Source: Octopus vulgaris (Eukaryota). Taken from it: DNA of 64,000 bases. Of the stretch, positions 39,350-52,945 are shown piece by piece (the first letter of the stretch is position 1; each line of letters opens with the position of its first letter). Below the pieces are notes generated by a model. The model saw nothing but the letters and a program-made list of their open reading frames with translations. It ran no database searches and was not told the origin of the DNA. Position numbers and translations under genes: made by a program. Location of the stretch: contig OX597835.1 of NCBI GenBank assembly GCA_951406725.2, forward strand, positions 10,602,001 through 10,666,000. The letters run 5' to 3'.

Positions 39350-40521
39350 TATACAATATATATTATACACATACACACACACACATATATATATATATGT
39401 ATGTATATATATGTTTATATATATATAAATATATATTTATATATATGTGTATATATATATATGTGTATATATATATATGTTTATATATATATGTGTGTAT
39501 ATATATATTTATATATATACATGAATATATATATATGTTTATATATATATATATATATATGTTTATATATATTTATATATATACATGAATATATATATAT
39601 ATGTATATATATGTTTTGTGCATATGCATGTGTGTATATCTATAACCATGTATTTTGGCAATCTTTAAAAATGATCTACAGTTTGCTTGAGTTGATGGGC
39701 CAAAAAGTGTTGTGGGTAGGTTACAGAGTTAGAGGGAGGGTCGTGGTGGTATTTCAGGAAATTGTGGTGCCAGCAGTAGTGGTGGTAGTGGTGGTATTTG
39801 AGATAACGGTGGTGGTGGTGGTGGCAGCAGCATTTGCAGTGGGAGTGTTTTATGAAACGGTCGTGGAAGCCAGCGTTGTAGTAAACAACAATTTTCATGC
39901 TAATGGCAATTTATATATATATTTTTTTTTTGTTAAAACAATAAACAACAACAACAACAGCAGCAGCAATAACAACAACAACAACAATGGAATAAGAACA
40001 ACAACAACCACATAAAACAACGACAATAAAAACTCAATAAAGTGAATGATAGCAGAAATTGTTGATAAATGGCATTGAATGTAAGAGTGACAAGAATCTT
40101 AAATGTTTGCTTCAGGTATTCAAATCGTCATAGAACTCACAACTGATAACTAATAATCATCTCTAATGCCAATAATGGCCTTCTCTTTTATTGTTTCTCT
40201 TAGATTCTTCTCTCAGCCAGAAATAAAATTGAGATTTGATATCTTTTTTTTTTTTCACCTGCTCATATATGTTTTTCTTTCAATAATTTTTATCTACTTT
40301 TCTTTTCTTTTTTTTTTTTTTACCTTGGCGTGTTTCATTTCAAAATGTTATTCTATTGTCAGACATTTGTTTGCTCTTGTGACAGTTTGTTAGAATTTAG
40401 AATATCAAGTTTTCTTTGAGATGTCTATTCCGCACAGTTAAAGAATGTCTCAAGTATAGATTTTCTTTGGTTTGAAAGGGGCACTTGCTTTGGAATGAAT
40501 GTGCATCTTTCATGTTCTTAC

Positions 40522-40577
<56 letters not shown>

Positions 40578-40623
40578 TCTGTTAAATCAACTTGAAATAC
40601 CAATATTATTATTATTATTACTA

Positions 40624-40670
<47 letters not shown>

Positions 40671-41214
40671 TTTGGAAGAGCTGTGTGTGTTCTTATGATA
40701 TGCCTCACATTGACTAGATAAATGTACATTTATCCTACACACTTCTGTATCAATAGTTAATTGTTTGATCATATATGGTTTTACATTAATGCCTTGATTA
40801 GTGCTATTTTGTTTAGTGCTTCCCCCATTTAGTGCTGGTTTGATGTTGTGCTCTTTTTTACTTGGTGACAATATTTTCATTGGGGTGGCATCACTTTATT
40901 AGAATAATGGTACGCTGATATATAAGGAACTATAACTAATACTCATGCTTATTCCCAGAAATTTTTTTTTTTTTGTAACATGAATGGAAAATAGTCAAGT
41001 GCTGGAAATTCCTTTCAGGTGCTGGAGAAAAGCATGATGCTTGATGTGAAACTTTAGGAATTGGTGTGTGTGTGTGCTGTGGTGGTGGTGAGGGGGTTGA
41101 TTGGAAGCTGCTAAATGTCAGTGGGGTGAATGTTGCTAATTCTTTAACTTTGACCATGCCAGTGATGTGGACCATCATGACAAATGAGAAAATTCTAAAG
41201 CTTCTGTTCTGACA

Positions 41215-41350
41215 ATTTATACTCTACTAAATGTATTGAGTAATCTTTCAGTTTAATTCAGTAAAATTGTTTTTATTCTTATAGAACAAAAAGAAACATT
41301 AATATATACATACATACATTTTATATCACTATATATGTGTGTGTATATAT
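41215..41350 (+). repeat. Partial copy of the element at 44745-44880
   Basis: aatttatactctac.aaatgtattgagtaat.tttcagtttaattcagtaaaattg...tatcactatatatgtgtgtgtatata is shared, but this copy lacks the upstream hammerhead. Confidence 0.85.
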
Positions 41351-42303
41351 GACGACTTGTTCAAGGAGTAAATTTTTTGAAGTTCAGTGGACAAAGAATC
41401 TTTAACCTGGCTTTCTAATTTCATTGTGACTTTAAAATCCCAATATATCGTGTTTGATTGTGTGAGGTTATTTAAAGTTATTTACTTGGAAGAAGGTGAG
41501 ATAGAGAATGTCTGCTCAGCTGTTAGGCTACATCAAGCTTCTTCATGTGAATCACTCTTGAAAATAACCTATTAAACCTGTTCTTCAATCATGTGTCATA
41601 ATGGTTCTGTACAACACTATTTCATTTAGATCTGCACTTTTAAGGGACATATCTATAGTTGAAACTGTGGTAAATATCATTCAATGAATGATCAATAACA
41701 TTGACCCCTAACCATGCAGCGTACTACATCTCATTTTCTGCTTCAGAGAAATTATTAATTGCTGAAAAGTTCGACTCCCAAAGATGAAATATAAGAATTA
41801 ATATAATCATATAATTATATTTATTTAACAAATATAATTATATAATTATATTTATATACCAAATATAATTTCAAAAGATTTTTTTTGATAATTTATAATT
41901 GAATGTAAAACATATTTAAAAGGGACTCTTTTGATTCTCATTTTGGTGTTCCCCGTTCCCCCCTGCCACAACACTCCCAGGACTACATTCCGAATGAAAT
42001 ACATAGCGGAGGTGGCAATTAACTTTGGAAATAATGAAGAATTTAATGCGATTTAATAAAATAGCCAACTATTTTCATTAATTAGTTGTTCAAGTGAGCT
42101 TTGATGAAGCAGGGTTACAGTGAAAGGTGTTCCTACCATGACCTTCATGTCTACTATAGTAAAGAAAAAAAATGATTACATTTTCTGTGATCTTCACTTA
42201 TTAAGACAGTGAGGTGTGAGATCAAGGGGACATTTAGCTGCTCTTTCAACCTGGTTGTGTGGCCATGTGGAAGCCCTCACTTGTTCATGTGTGTGTGTAT
42301 GTC

Positions 42304-42341
<38 letters not shown>

Positions 42342-43516
42342 TGTGTATGTGTGTGTAGATGGATAGATAAATAGATAGATAGATATAAATGTGTGTGGTG
42401 TCACTAAGACTCAACTAAAGATTTTTCCTTGTCTTTTGTGTTTCATCTCTACTATCAATTCCCTATCAACTGTATCAAAGGCATTGAAACCACTAGAATC
42501 CTTAGTCAGGCAGCAGTTGAAGGCTTAATTTTTTTTCCCTTTTCTAGTTTGTTTAATTTTACCTTGTGTCTTCATCTTGAGACACACACATACACGTCTA
42601 TAATATTTATATATAATAATAACAACTTGTGGATGGAAATTCATAGGGTTTATCACAACACATGTTTCTGCATCCCACATTTTCATAAGTCAAGAATTTT
42701 TCATATTCATAATATTATTATTATTTAAGATTAGGAGCTTTTAAGAGTGCATTCTGGGGCATTCACCCAAAACAAATTAAACAGATATACATACATATAT
42801 ATATATATATATATAATATCAAGTTAGTTATTGGAAGATACCAGTAATTTAGGTAGGCATGGGGTCTACTGAAAGTATTTAGTTTCGTCCTATGCTATTT
42901 CGATGTTCAATCCTGTCCAATTTTATTGGTCCCACAGAAGTTAATAAAATATGTGTCGAGAACTAAAACATTAGGATGGATTCTGTCATTGTTTCTTTTC
43001 CAATCAATAAGTTCCACCAGTAATATACTGGGTTATGTATGTGATTTCAACAGAATATTTTCATTTCTTTTCAACTATTGATCTTGTAGTAACAAAAGAC
43101 AGCTTCATTATTTACAAAAAAAAATTTTTATTTTCTTATATATATTTATAGGCATTTATCCATATATTTATTTATGTTTTTTTTTTGTTAATTTGTTTCC
43201 CGGTTCTTGTTTAGCATGGAAATGTGGATAATGTTTATTTCTAGTGCCACCGTTATTGTACCTTCCACTACTACTGCTGCTGCTGCTGCTGTTGTTGTTG
43301 TTGTTGTAAGATCCCCTGCCTCTTAGTTTGGGAGATGTTTGATATTACAAAGAAAGAATTATCTTTTAAAACACATATAATTATGGATATTTCAAAGAAT
43401 CTGAGGTGTGTCTGTTGGAACCAAGGAAACATTGGTGTTTTTCCCTATTGGATTTTCAAAGTTGCAGCCAGAGCAACAATGATAACAACGACAAGGATAA
43501 CAGAAATAAATATATA

Positions 43517-43569
<53 letters not shown>

Positions 43570-43632
43570 TAATAATGATAATAATAATATTAATGATAAT
43601 AATAATGATAATAATGATGTTGATGATGATGA

Positions 43633-44090
43633 TTTTTAACATTGGCACAAGTCTAGAAATTTGAGGAAAGCAACCAGCTGATTATATCAACCCCCAAAAT
43701 TTAGCTGGTACTTTATTTTGTCAATCCCAAAGGAATGAACAAGAAATTAGACTTTGGCTGGAGTTGAACCCAGAACAATGTTACAAGACATTTTGCTTGA
43801 TGCTTTAACAGTTCTGCCAGTAGTGGTGGTGGTGGTGGTAGTGGTAGTAGTAGTAGTAGTAGTGGTGGTGGTTTCTAATTTAGGCACAAAGCCTGAGTTG
43901 TAGAAGGGGCAAGGTTTAGCCAATTAAATTGACCCCCAGTACTTCACTGGTACTTTATTTTATTGGCCCCCGAAAGGGTGAAATGTAAAGTTGGCTTTGG
44001 CAGGATTTGAACTCGGGACATAAAAAGCTACAACAAATCCTGCAAAGCAGTCTTTCAGATGTGCTAATGATTGTGCCATCTCACTGCCCT
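43633..44090 (-). mobile_element. Tandem pair of older family A SINEs
   Basis: Two ggcacaa...ctggtactttatttt...cccc.aaagg.tgaa units separated by (GTA/GTG)n. Confidence 0.7.
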
Positions 44091-44523
44091 AATAACAATA
44101 ACAATAATAATAATAATGATAATAATAATGTATTTGCCACAATGATTTCTTATATTAGCCACAAGGGCCGAAAACATGGGGACAGTACAAGGGTGAAATG
44201 CAAAGAGGGCAATAACAGACAGAAACAAATGGGTGGCTGGTTTAGTTACAAGGGGTAAAGGTGGGGGGTGGGGAAGATGGACCAAAACAATAAAGGCACA
44301 TTAATAAACAATAATAATAATAATAATGAAAAACATAATGATGATGGACTTTGAAAATTTATGATGTCACAGCCTCATTTAAAATATTTTTTTTAACGAG
44401 AATTCTGTTGATTTATAACAACCCCTCCACACTGATTTTGATTGTCATGCATATTTATATAAGTTTAAATACATATATACATACATGTGTGTGTGTGTAT
44501 ATAATATATATATAAGTACATAC

Positions 44524-44565
<42 letters not shown>

Positions 44566-44674
44566 CAAATACATATGTACATACATACATCTGTATGTGT
44601 GTGTGTGTGTGTAGAAGGTTCAAATACATATGTATATACATGTGTGTATGTGTGTGTATATTTATGTATATATG

Positions 44675-44721
44675 GATAGTCTGATGATGGCTTAGATGAC
44701 CGAAACTTCGAATTCACTGTC
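44675..44721 (+). ncRNA. Minimal type I hammerhead ribozyme motif
   Basis: GATAGT-[CTGATGA]-t-ggcttagatgacc-[GAAA]C-ttcgaa-[TTC]-ACTGTC: 6-bp stem I (one U.G wobble), intact core, near-palindromic stem III acttcgaa(t/g)t; predicted cleavage after 44715. Confidence 0.7.
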
Positions 44722-44879
44722 AATAGTTTTCTTGTTAAAGAATAAATTTATACTCTACCAAATGTATTGAGTAATTTTTCAGTTTAATTCAGTAAAATTG
44801 TTTTTTTTCTTATAGAATAAAAAGAAACATTGATATATACATACATACATTTTATATCACTATATATGTGTGTGTATAT

Positions 44880-44933
<54 letters not shown>

Positions 44934-45340
44934 ATGTATGTATTTTTCCTTTTGAAGGGTGCATCTCAAAGCGCATAAAAATCATGTAAATATTGGGTTC
45001 AAAAACTGCTTTCGATAGAAAAAAGTTGAAGACTGCCCTTGGGGGGATGAAGTCACATTTGTTAACCTAATATTTGCCTGTTATTATTCACAACTTTATG
45101 TGTTTCAAGATTCACTATACACCCCCCACCCCACCCCTGCCCATGCAAAAAAGAATTATTTCATATTCTCTTGAAAGTTAATAAATTCTTTGATGTCTGC
45201 AATACACATATCGATATATATATGTGTGTGTATATATAAATATATACGTACATATATATATACACATATACGTACATATGTATATATATATATATACACA
45301 TATACGTACATATATATATATATATACACACACGTATATA

Positions 45341-45372
<32 letters not shown>

Positions 45373-45962
45373 CGTATATATATATATATACGTATATACA
45401 TATATATATATATATATATACGTACATATATATATATATATATATACACATACACATATACACACATATATATGTATATTAATAACCATGTATTTTCGAG
45501 TAAAAATATGAAAGGAACTAAATACATGCCTGGGACTTGTACAGCTTTTAATTAACCTTCAAAATTGATTAAAATCTGAATTTCACCCCCACCCCCGTCG
45601 GGATTTGAGCTCAGAATGTATAGGGATAAAACCAGATGCTGTACCACGCACAGCCTGTTGCTCTTACTTCTCCTACCACTCTTACAATAATACATGAGAA
45701 GCATCTTGTGAGAGAGAGAGTAGACCTAGTAGAAGACTTAGGCAACTTTATTTGAAGGTGTTTAGTTTTTTTTTTTTTTTGATTTGTTATTTAGTTTTAT
45801 TTTGTGTTCGTGTAAATTTTGATAACTGTTTTATTTCTTTGTTATAGATTGGCTCCTCTTCTTCTTCATTGAGTAAACAAAAGTTAGAGCACACACACAC
45901 ACACACACACACAGACACACACACACACATACACACACACATGCATATGTATTCATGTAGTT

Positions 45963-46002
<40 letters not shown>

Positions 46003-46064
46003 AATGTGTGTTTATTTACATATATATTTGTGCATGTATGTATATGTATCTTTCCTTCTCTCCA

Positions 46065-46113
<49 letters not shown>

Positions 46114-46245
46114 ATGTGTGTATGCACACACACATGCATGTACAAATAAAAACTATGATGAATCTACAAACTTCTTGAGTTGGTAAAAAAAAACAGATCT
46201 TGACATACTAAAATATTTTTTTAGTTCCACATTATAATGTTCAGT

Positions 46246-46280
<35 letters not shown>

Positions 46281-46589
46281 GACACAAACACACACATACT
46301 GACACAAACACACACACACATACACACACATACTGACACACACACATATACTCACACAAGCCCACATACTGACACAAACCCACACACATACTGACACACA
46401 CACACACACATACTGACACAAACACACATATACTGACACAAACACACACATACTGACACAAACCCACACACATACTGACACAAACACACACACATACTGA
46501 CACAAACACACACACACATTCACACACACTCACACACAATTTTGACAAACACCCACACATGCAGACATATATATATATACACACACACA

Positions 46590-47010
46590 AAGACACACAT
46601 ATACTGACACAAACACACACACATGCAAACACACACACACACTCATATATATATATATATATACACACAAAGACACACACACGTACACACACATACTCAT
46701 ACATGCACACACACACGCACAGACACACAAATATATATATACACAAAGACACACACACGTACACACACATACTCATACATGCACACACACACACACAGAC
46801 ACACAAATATACATATACACAAAGACACACACACGTACACACACATACTCATACATGCACACACACACACACAGACACACAAATATATATATACACAAAG
46901 ACACATACACGTACACACACATACTCATACATGCACACACACACACACAGACACACAAATATATATATACACAAAGACACACACACGTACACACACATAC
47001 TCATACACGC
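46590..47010. repeat. 76-bp CA-rich minisatellite
   Basis: cacaaagacacacacacgtacacacacatactcatacatgcacacacacacacagacacacaaatatatatata repeated about five times. Confidence 0.9.
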
Positions 47011-47018
47011 ACACACAC

Positions 47019-47049
<31 letters not shown>

Positions 47050-49239
47050 GTTGTTTGCACACCTACATATTTGTCGTTCTAATGATGGATGGTAGCAAGA
47101 AAGCAATATCTATAATAAACAGTTCACAGAAGCTTAAACAATAATTTGTTTTGATGAGATGCACAGACAGCTCTGTTATTGTTGGCTTTATTGTTACAGC
47201 GATCACTGCCACTACTGCCATGACCACCACCACTGCCGCCACCAACACCGCCATCTCTATTGTTACCATTATTAGTACCTCTACCTCTAACTGCTATTCT
47301 GCTGGTGATTAGCATTATTGGCACCCCTGACCCTACCAGCAGCCACCACTACCACCATCGCTGCCACTACCAACTACCACCATCGCTGCCACTACCAACT
47401 ACCACCACCACCACCACCACCACAACCACCATGTATACAGACCTAATTTACACTGATTCCAAAGATCATATTTGTATAGGAATCATTGAAATCCTTATTT
47501 TATTCGACTATTTAAGATGTGAATGTTTATATTGATCAGCCAAATTAAGTCTTAGAATAAAGAAAAGTATCATTCTTGTAACTGTTGTTGTCGTCTGTGA
47601 CCAAGAATATCCGAACAACATCCGAACTATGTAACCCAAATTTATTCTATGTACACAGGGAAATTATAGAAACTTATCATGTATTATTTTTAGTTTTAAA
47701 TATATTTTTTTTTGTTTTCCGTTATCATGTTGTTTTTGTTTAACCCTTGGTTTGCCCTGATACATTAGGTCTACAATCAAAAGCATTCCAGCCTTGGCTG
47801 TTCCATTTGTTTAAAACCATATTCGCCTGATATGTTCTGTTTTTAGTATTATAGATAGAAGTGTGATTTAAAGAATTTTGTTGCTATTTCTTCTGCATTA
47901 AGTTATCACATAGAGCCCCCTTCCATTCCTGGCCATCGGAAGGAAGGCAATGCAATGCCCATGACCATTTACTTGGCCTCCAAGACTGGTGGAAAGGAGG
48001 GAGGGAGGGAGGGAAGAAATATGTTATTCTGAGACTAGAAGCCTGTTCTTATTGCTTGCCAAAAAATGGGGTCTGTGAAAGGCAAACGATGTACCCAAGG
48101 TGATGGTGTTAGACTAGATGAGGGATTAAGTTTAGTGCTCAGATAGGCATCGGTCAGATTTGAACTTAAAACACGAAGGGCTACAACAAATAGCATAAGG
48201 CATTTGTCATGATTTTCTTACAATTCTACCAAATCATTGTTTTGTAAGAGTTTTATCTTCAGCAGGATTTGAACGCAGAATCAACAGAATTGGGACAAAA
48301 ACCATGAGGCATTCTAGTGGTTCTAATGGTTCGAGCATTCTAATGGTTCTGCCAATTTGTTACATTGTTGTGTATTACATAACAAAGCCAATTCAAATCT
48401 GTTTGGTGTTGTTGACGTTGGTGCATTGTCCAAATTTTGTTACAATGCTGGTCTTGAGTATTTCTGTTGAATTTGATACCTGCTGTCAATCTATAGAATC
48501 TATAGAATTATCTACAATGTTTATTCTCATTTTCTTTGCCCTATTTATGTAAAAATATTGCAAAGAATACCTTTTCCCCATGGCAACAAATACACATCTA
48601 TTGAATATTTGGGTAAATATCAGCCTAAATATTTTTATGATAACTCCGGCACGTAATAATCTCATGCTAAAACTATCTCAAATATGTTTTTATTCTTGAA
48701 GAAGCATTACTGTATGTTTGACATGGGACCACATTTGTCCATGTGTTGATCTTCAAATATATTTAGCTGTCTTTTATAACGAGTTTCATTTCCTTTGTAC
48801 ATTGGCTGCGTAATATATGCATCTACGTGTGTTTGTATTTGTGCATTGTTGATAAGGAATAACCGTTTGTCAATGGCAAAGCATATTCACTACCAGATCT
48901 AATATTCTGTTAACGCTGTCGTGTTTTCCAGGCTTCTCTCTGTTGAACTTAACACTTCAAAATATAAATACTTGTTGAGCCAATAATTAAAAAAAAAAAA
49001 AAAAGAAACAAAAATGAAACAGAAAAATAGAGCCTTCAATGCAATTATGTTAATCACTTTTATTTCTCAACTAACGAAGTCTGTGTCAGTGTGAAAAGCA
49101 AATAAACATCAGATTTCATTGAAAGCTCTTTATTTAAATGTTAATGTTTTCTCCAGGATTAATTGTAGCTTTGATTTGTTACACGGTTACTAAAGAAAAC
49201 AACAGTCACAGTTGATCTGTTTCGGCTGTACAAAGAGTA

Positions 49240-49765
49240 TATTATTAGTGTTGTAGATTGTACAGCCATGGATGTACTAAAATTTATTAGTAGATCTATA
49301 GATTGTAAAATTTTGTCTCTATTACTAATAATATGTTACTAAATCTATAAATTGTATAATTTCGGCTCTGTTTCTAATTGTATGTTAGTAGTTCTATAGA
49401 TCGTATAGTTTTGGCTCTATTACTCATAGTATGTTGGTAGTTTTGTGACTGTGTCTCTCTACATCCATTCACCTACTTACTGTATACTTGTATTTCAGTA
49501 AATTTATTACGTTAGGAAATAATCTTGTCATTTTTGCCATAATCTTGTTCTTTAGTCATAGCACTTCAAATGTGACCTCCTCACCTTTGTCATAATCCTG
49601 TTACTCTTGTCCTAGTCTTGTTACTTCAGTCATAGTACTTTCGTCATAACCTTGTCACTCAAGTCATTGCTACTTCAATCATAATTTTATCACGTTTGTC
49701 ATAGTCATGTCACTTTAGTCACAGTGTTATTACCTTAGTTGTAACCTTATTAATTTAGACATAGG
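49240..49765. repeat. Two adjacent degenerate minisatellites (~48 bp and ~20 bp units)
   Basis: tag.tctatagattgta.a.ttt.g.ctctattact.ata.tatgtt repeats, then tcataatcttgtcacttt.g repeats. Confidence 0.6.
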
Positions 49766-50489
49766 CTCACATGGAGAACAAGAGAACATTTGTGCCTTAA
49801 ATTCTTCCTTTTCCCCACTTCCGATCCCAACCCATCTCCCTATAATGGACGCAACAATGCAGTGAGAATGATTTGTGATAGAAAAAACAAGGCCTTAAAT
49901 TTGGGGGTAGGGGTTTTTTGTTGGTTATACTGTATTTGACCCCAGCATTTGACTGATATGGGTTTTATCAGCACCAGAAGGATTTAAAAAAAAAAGTATT
50001 GTCTACCAGTATGTAACAACAATAACAACAACAGCAACAACGATAATAATAATAGCTTCTTTGGGTTAATGATTCAATTGCAGGGCATGACTGGGGCTGA
50101 GTAATACTGGTTTGATTTGACCCCTGGAGGGGAGGTGAAAGGGTGAGAGGAATTGAACTGAGAATATATAGTAACTATGCTGGCCTAAATAATTACAAAG
50201 TATCTCATTTGGCTCTCTGCCATTTATGCCACTTCACTGCCAACACCAACAACAACAGCAACAACAGTAATAATGATAATAATAATCACAGCCTTATTTT
50301 ATAATCGCCCTCCTCCTCCGTTCTTTTAAATATTCAGAGAGTTATACTATCTGATATGATCCTTAACCACAACCTTTGTTTTGATTGTCATGTTTAATTA
50401 CGCATTATGAAATACATACATAGACATATATAGATACATAATTCATATATACATGCATAGATATATGCAGATGTATATGTGTGTGTGTG

Positions 50490-50656
<167 letters not shown>

Positions 50657-50709
50657 GTTTAAATATTTGTTGTGCAAAACTGGCAATATGACCATTCCGA
50701 AATATAACA

Positions 50710-50763
<54 letters not shown>

Positions 50764-51563
50764 GCGCATTCATACATACATACACACACACACATATATA
50801 AGCATGTATATACACACATTCATGTAAACATACATACATTCTTGGCATGAAATGGTGCATGTTTGGCGTGAGAGCCTATTCATTGCAATCTTCCGTTCAT
50901 CGATGCCACATCTATTATCGGTTGGCCTTGTTAAATAATTGGCTATTCTTCAGATCGCATTCATAGAAGGGAAACAGTTTATTTAAGATTATAGCCGTGC
51001 AGAGAATCACGACAAGCAATATGGATAAGAACAACAACGTTAGCGTAGAATTGGCGACAACTCTAAGAAAAATCTGCAGCTCTCAAATCTCGTTGATTGA
51101 ATTCTTTAAGTGTGTGAGTTTTAGTCTCCTTGAATAAAGTTGACTCGTGTTAAAATATGAGCTTGTTATCTCTCTACTGTCTGTGAACTCCAGACAAATC
51201 AATGAATATGAATTTCTCTCTCTTGAATGGTTTGTTGGCACAATGATTGATGTCGGGTTCATAGTTGTGTCGAGGGATGTGTAGAAGGGGTGATGGGGTT
51301 GGCTCCATCACGTATTGATCCATTGGATTATTTGCTGAACTGATTGAAACGTTATCATTATGCATTGATTTGAAGGAATGATACATCAGAATTGGTTTGC
51401 TACCCCTCCAAAGAAGCTGACCGTTCTATAAAAGTACATTGCAAGTGTTATTGGATTTTGAGAAGTTTGAATGTGAATTTTGATTCTGAGCTGTTGTTCA
51501 CAACAGAGGGTTTATCGTCCTTATACTGCATTTATACAAGTGATCTGTAAGGTACCTTTCTGG

Positions 51564-51712
51564 CAGGGGTGGGCTAGGAGTAATAAGGGCCCTTGGGCAT
51601 AACTGTTTACCAGGCCCCTTAGCATTGGTAAGTTAACAGGTAGAGTGCAGACCTCTCACTGCTCCAGGCCCTTGGGCAGAGCCTGATTGACCAATGGCTC
51701 AGTCTGCTCCTG
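51564..51712. mobile_element. hAT-type MITE
   Basis: Imperfect TIRs caggggtgggcta / cagtctgctcctg, internal ggcccttgggca repeats, 8-bp flanks ctttctgg / ctctttgg (6 of 8 identical) as a decayed TSD. Confidence 0.55.
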
Positions 51713-52429
51713 CTCTTTGGGGTACCTATTAATGGAGACATGTCCCTACCAGAGGCACACAACTGGAGACTTGGGACAGGTATAAATGTCAGACTCTTTT
51801 GCTGAGAGACCGGCACCCTGTTGATCTGGTCACCTGTAGTTGTTGGAAGAAAGGAAACCATATGTAGGTGGAAGAAACCCTGAAGGGTAAAAGAGGCAGT
51901 GTAGGATGGAAAAGATAGTGTGGGGTGGAAGACATAGTGCCAATTTTAAGGGACTAACTCTCAGCATGCATCTGTAGGGTAAAAAAAAAAACTGGGGAAC
52001 AGCAGTGGTTCTCAGCATTCAGAGCAATTTTGGATGTTTTGGGTTCCTTGATTGGCCCCTAAGGGACCCTAACTGCCACCACTCACTATACTAGGATACC
52101 TTGTTTTATTGTTCTTGTATTCTGATGTTTTCTATTCCTGTTTTATTTTTCCAGAACCAATTCTGTGAAAAACCTCCACTATTAATCATAATCTGTCCTT
52201 ATATCATTCCCTTTTACATCATCCTTGTGGCAAATAGGGAATTATCGTCATCATCATCGTCATCATCATTCAGTAATATTTTTATTCTATGCTTTCACTG
52301 CACTACATAATGCAGCACTGTGCACCCGGGTACGTGCAAAGTTTTTGTTTTTGTTTATTTCGATTGTATTGATGCTATTCTAATACATGATATCCCCCTC
52401 CCCCTTGTGCTCATTCTCCCTATTATCCC

Positions 52430-52530
52430 TGTTTATATGTTCTGGGATTTGGATTATCTGTTTCTCTGCTTTGTTTCTAATCATTCCCAAAGCACTTATA
52501 ATCAGGGATTGTTTCTGCTTCCAAACTCGA

Positions 52531-52586
<56 letters not shown>

Positions 52587-52715
52587 TATGTTTGACTTTT
52601 GCTTTATATTTGTACAAGTTGGCTCCAAGTCTCACCCAGAGACCTCAAGAGACAACAGGTTGGAAATTCACGTTGTTGTTATGCCTAGTGTGCCATATAT
52701 TTGTTTTTTTTTTGG
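52430..52715 (-). mobile_element. R4/Dong-type non-LTR retrotransposon fragments in a (TAA)n tract
   Basis: Minus strand 52440-52525 translates to (ETIP)/IISALGMIRNKAEKQIIQIPE, like the R4/Dong C-terminal IPVIVGALGMIK...I.QIPG; a second 3'-end-like piece (52590-52715) runs into (AAT)n. Confidence 0.55.
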
Positions 52716-52723
52716 TGTTGTAC

Positions 52724-52781
<58 letters not shown>

Positions 52782-52796
52782 GTTATTATTATTGTT

Positions 52797-52945
52797 GATC
52801 TGAGTTTAAATTCTACTGGGGTCGACTTTGCCTTTCGTCCTTTCAAGGTCGATAAACTAAGTACCAGTTATACACTGGGGTTGATATAATCAACTAGCCC
52901 CTCCCCCAGAATTTCAGCCCTCATGCCTATAGTAGAAAAGGTTGT
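52797..52945 (+). mobile_element. Family A SINE, 5'-truncated
   Basis: gactttgcctttcgtcctttcaaggtcgataaactaagtaccag...tagtagaaaaggttgttatt following (TTA)n. Confidence 0.75.

Noticed and set aside
50940-50960. Minus-strand CTGAAGA as a hammerhead core
   Set aside because: No correctly placed GAAA or closing stems; same for the CTGATGA hits near 9721, 9870 and 36922.
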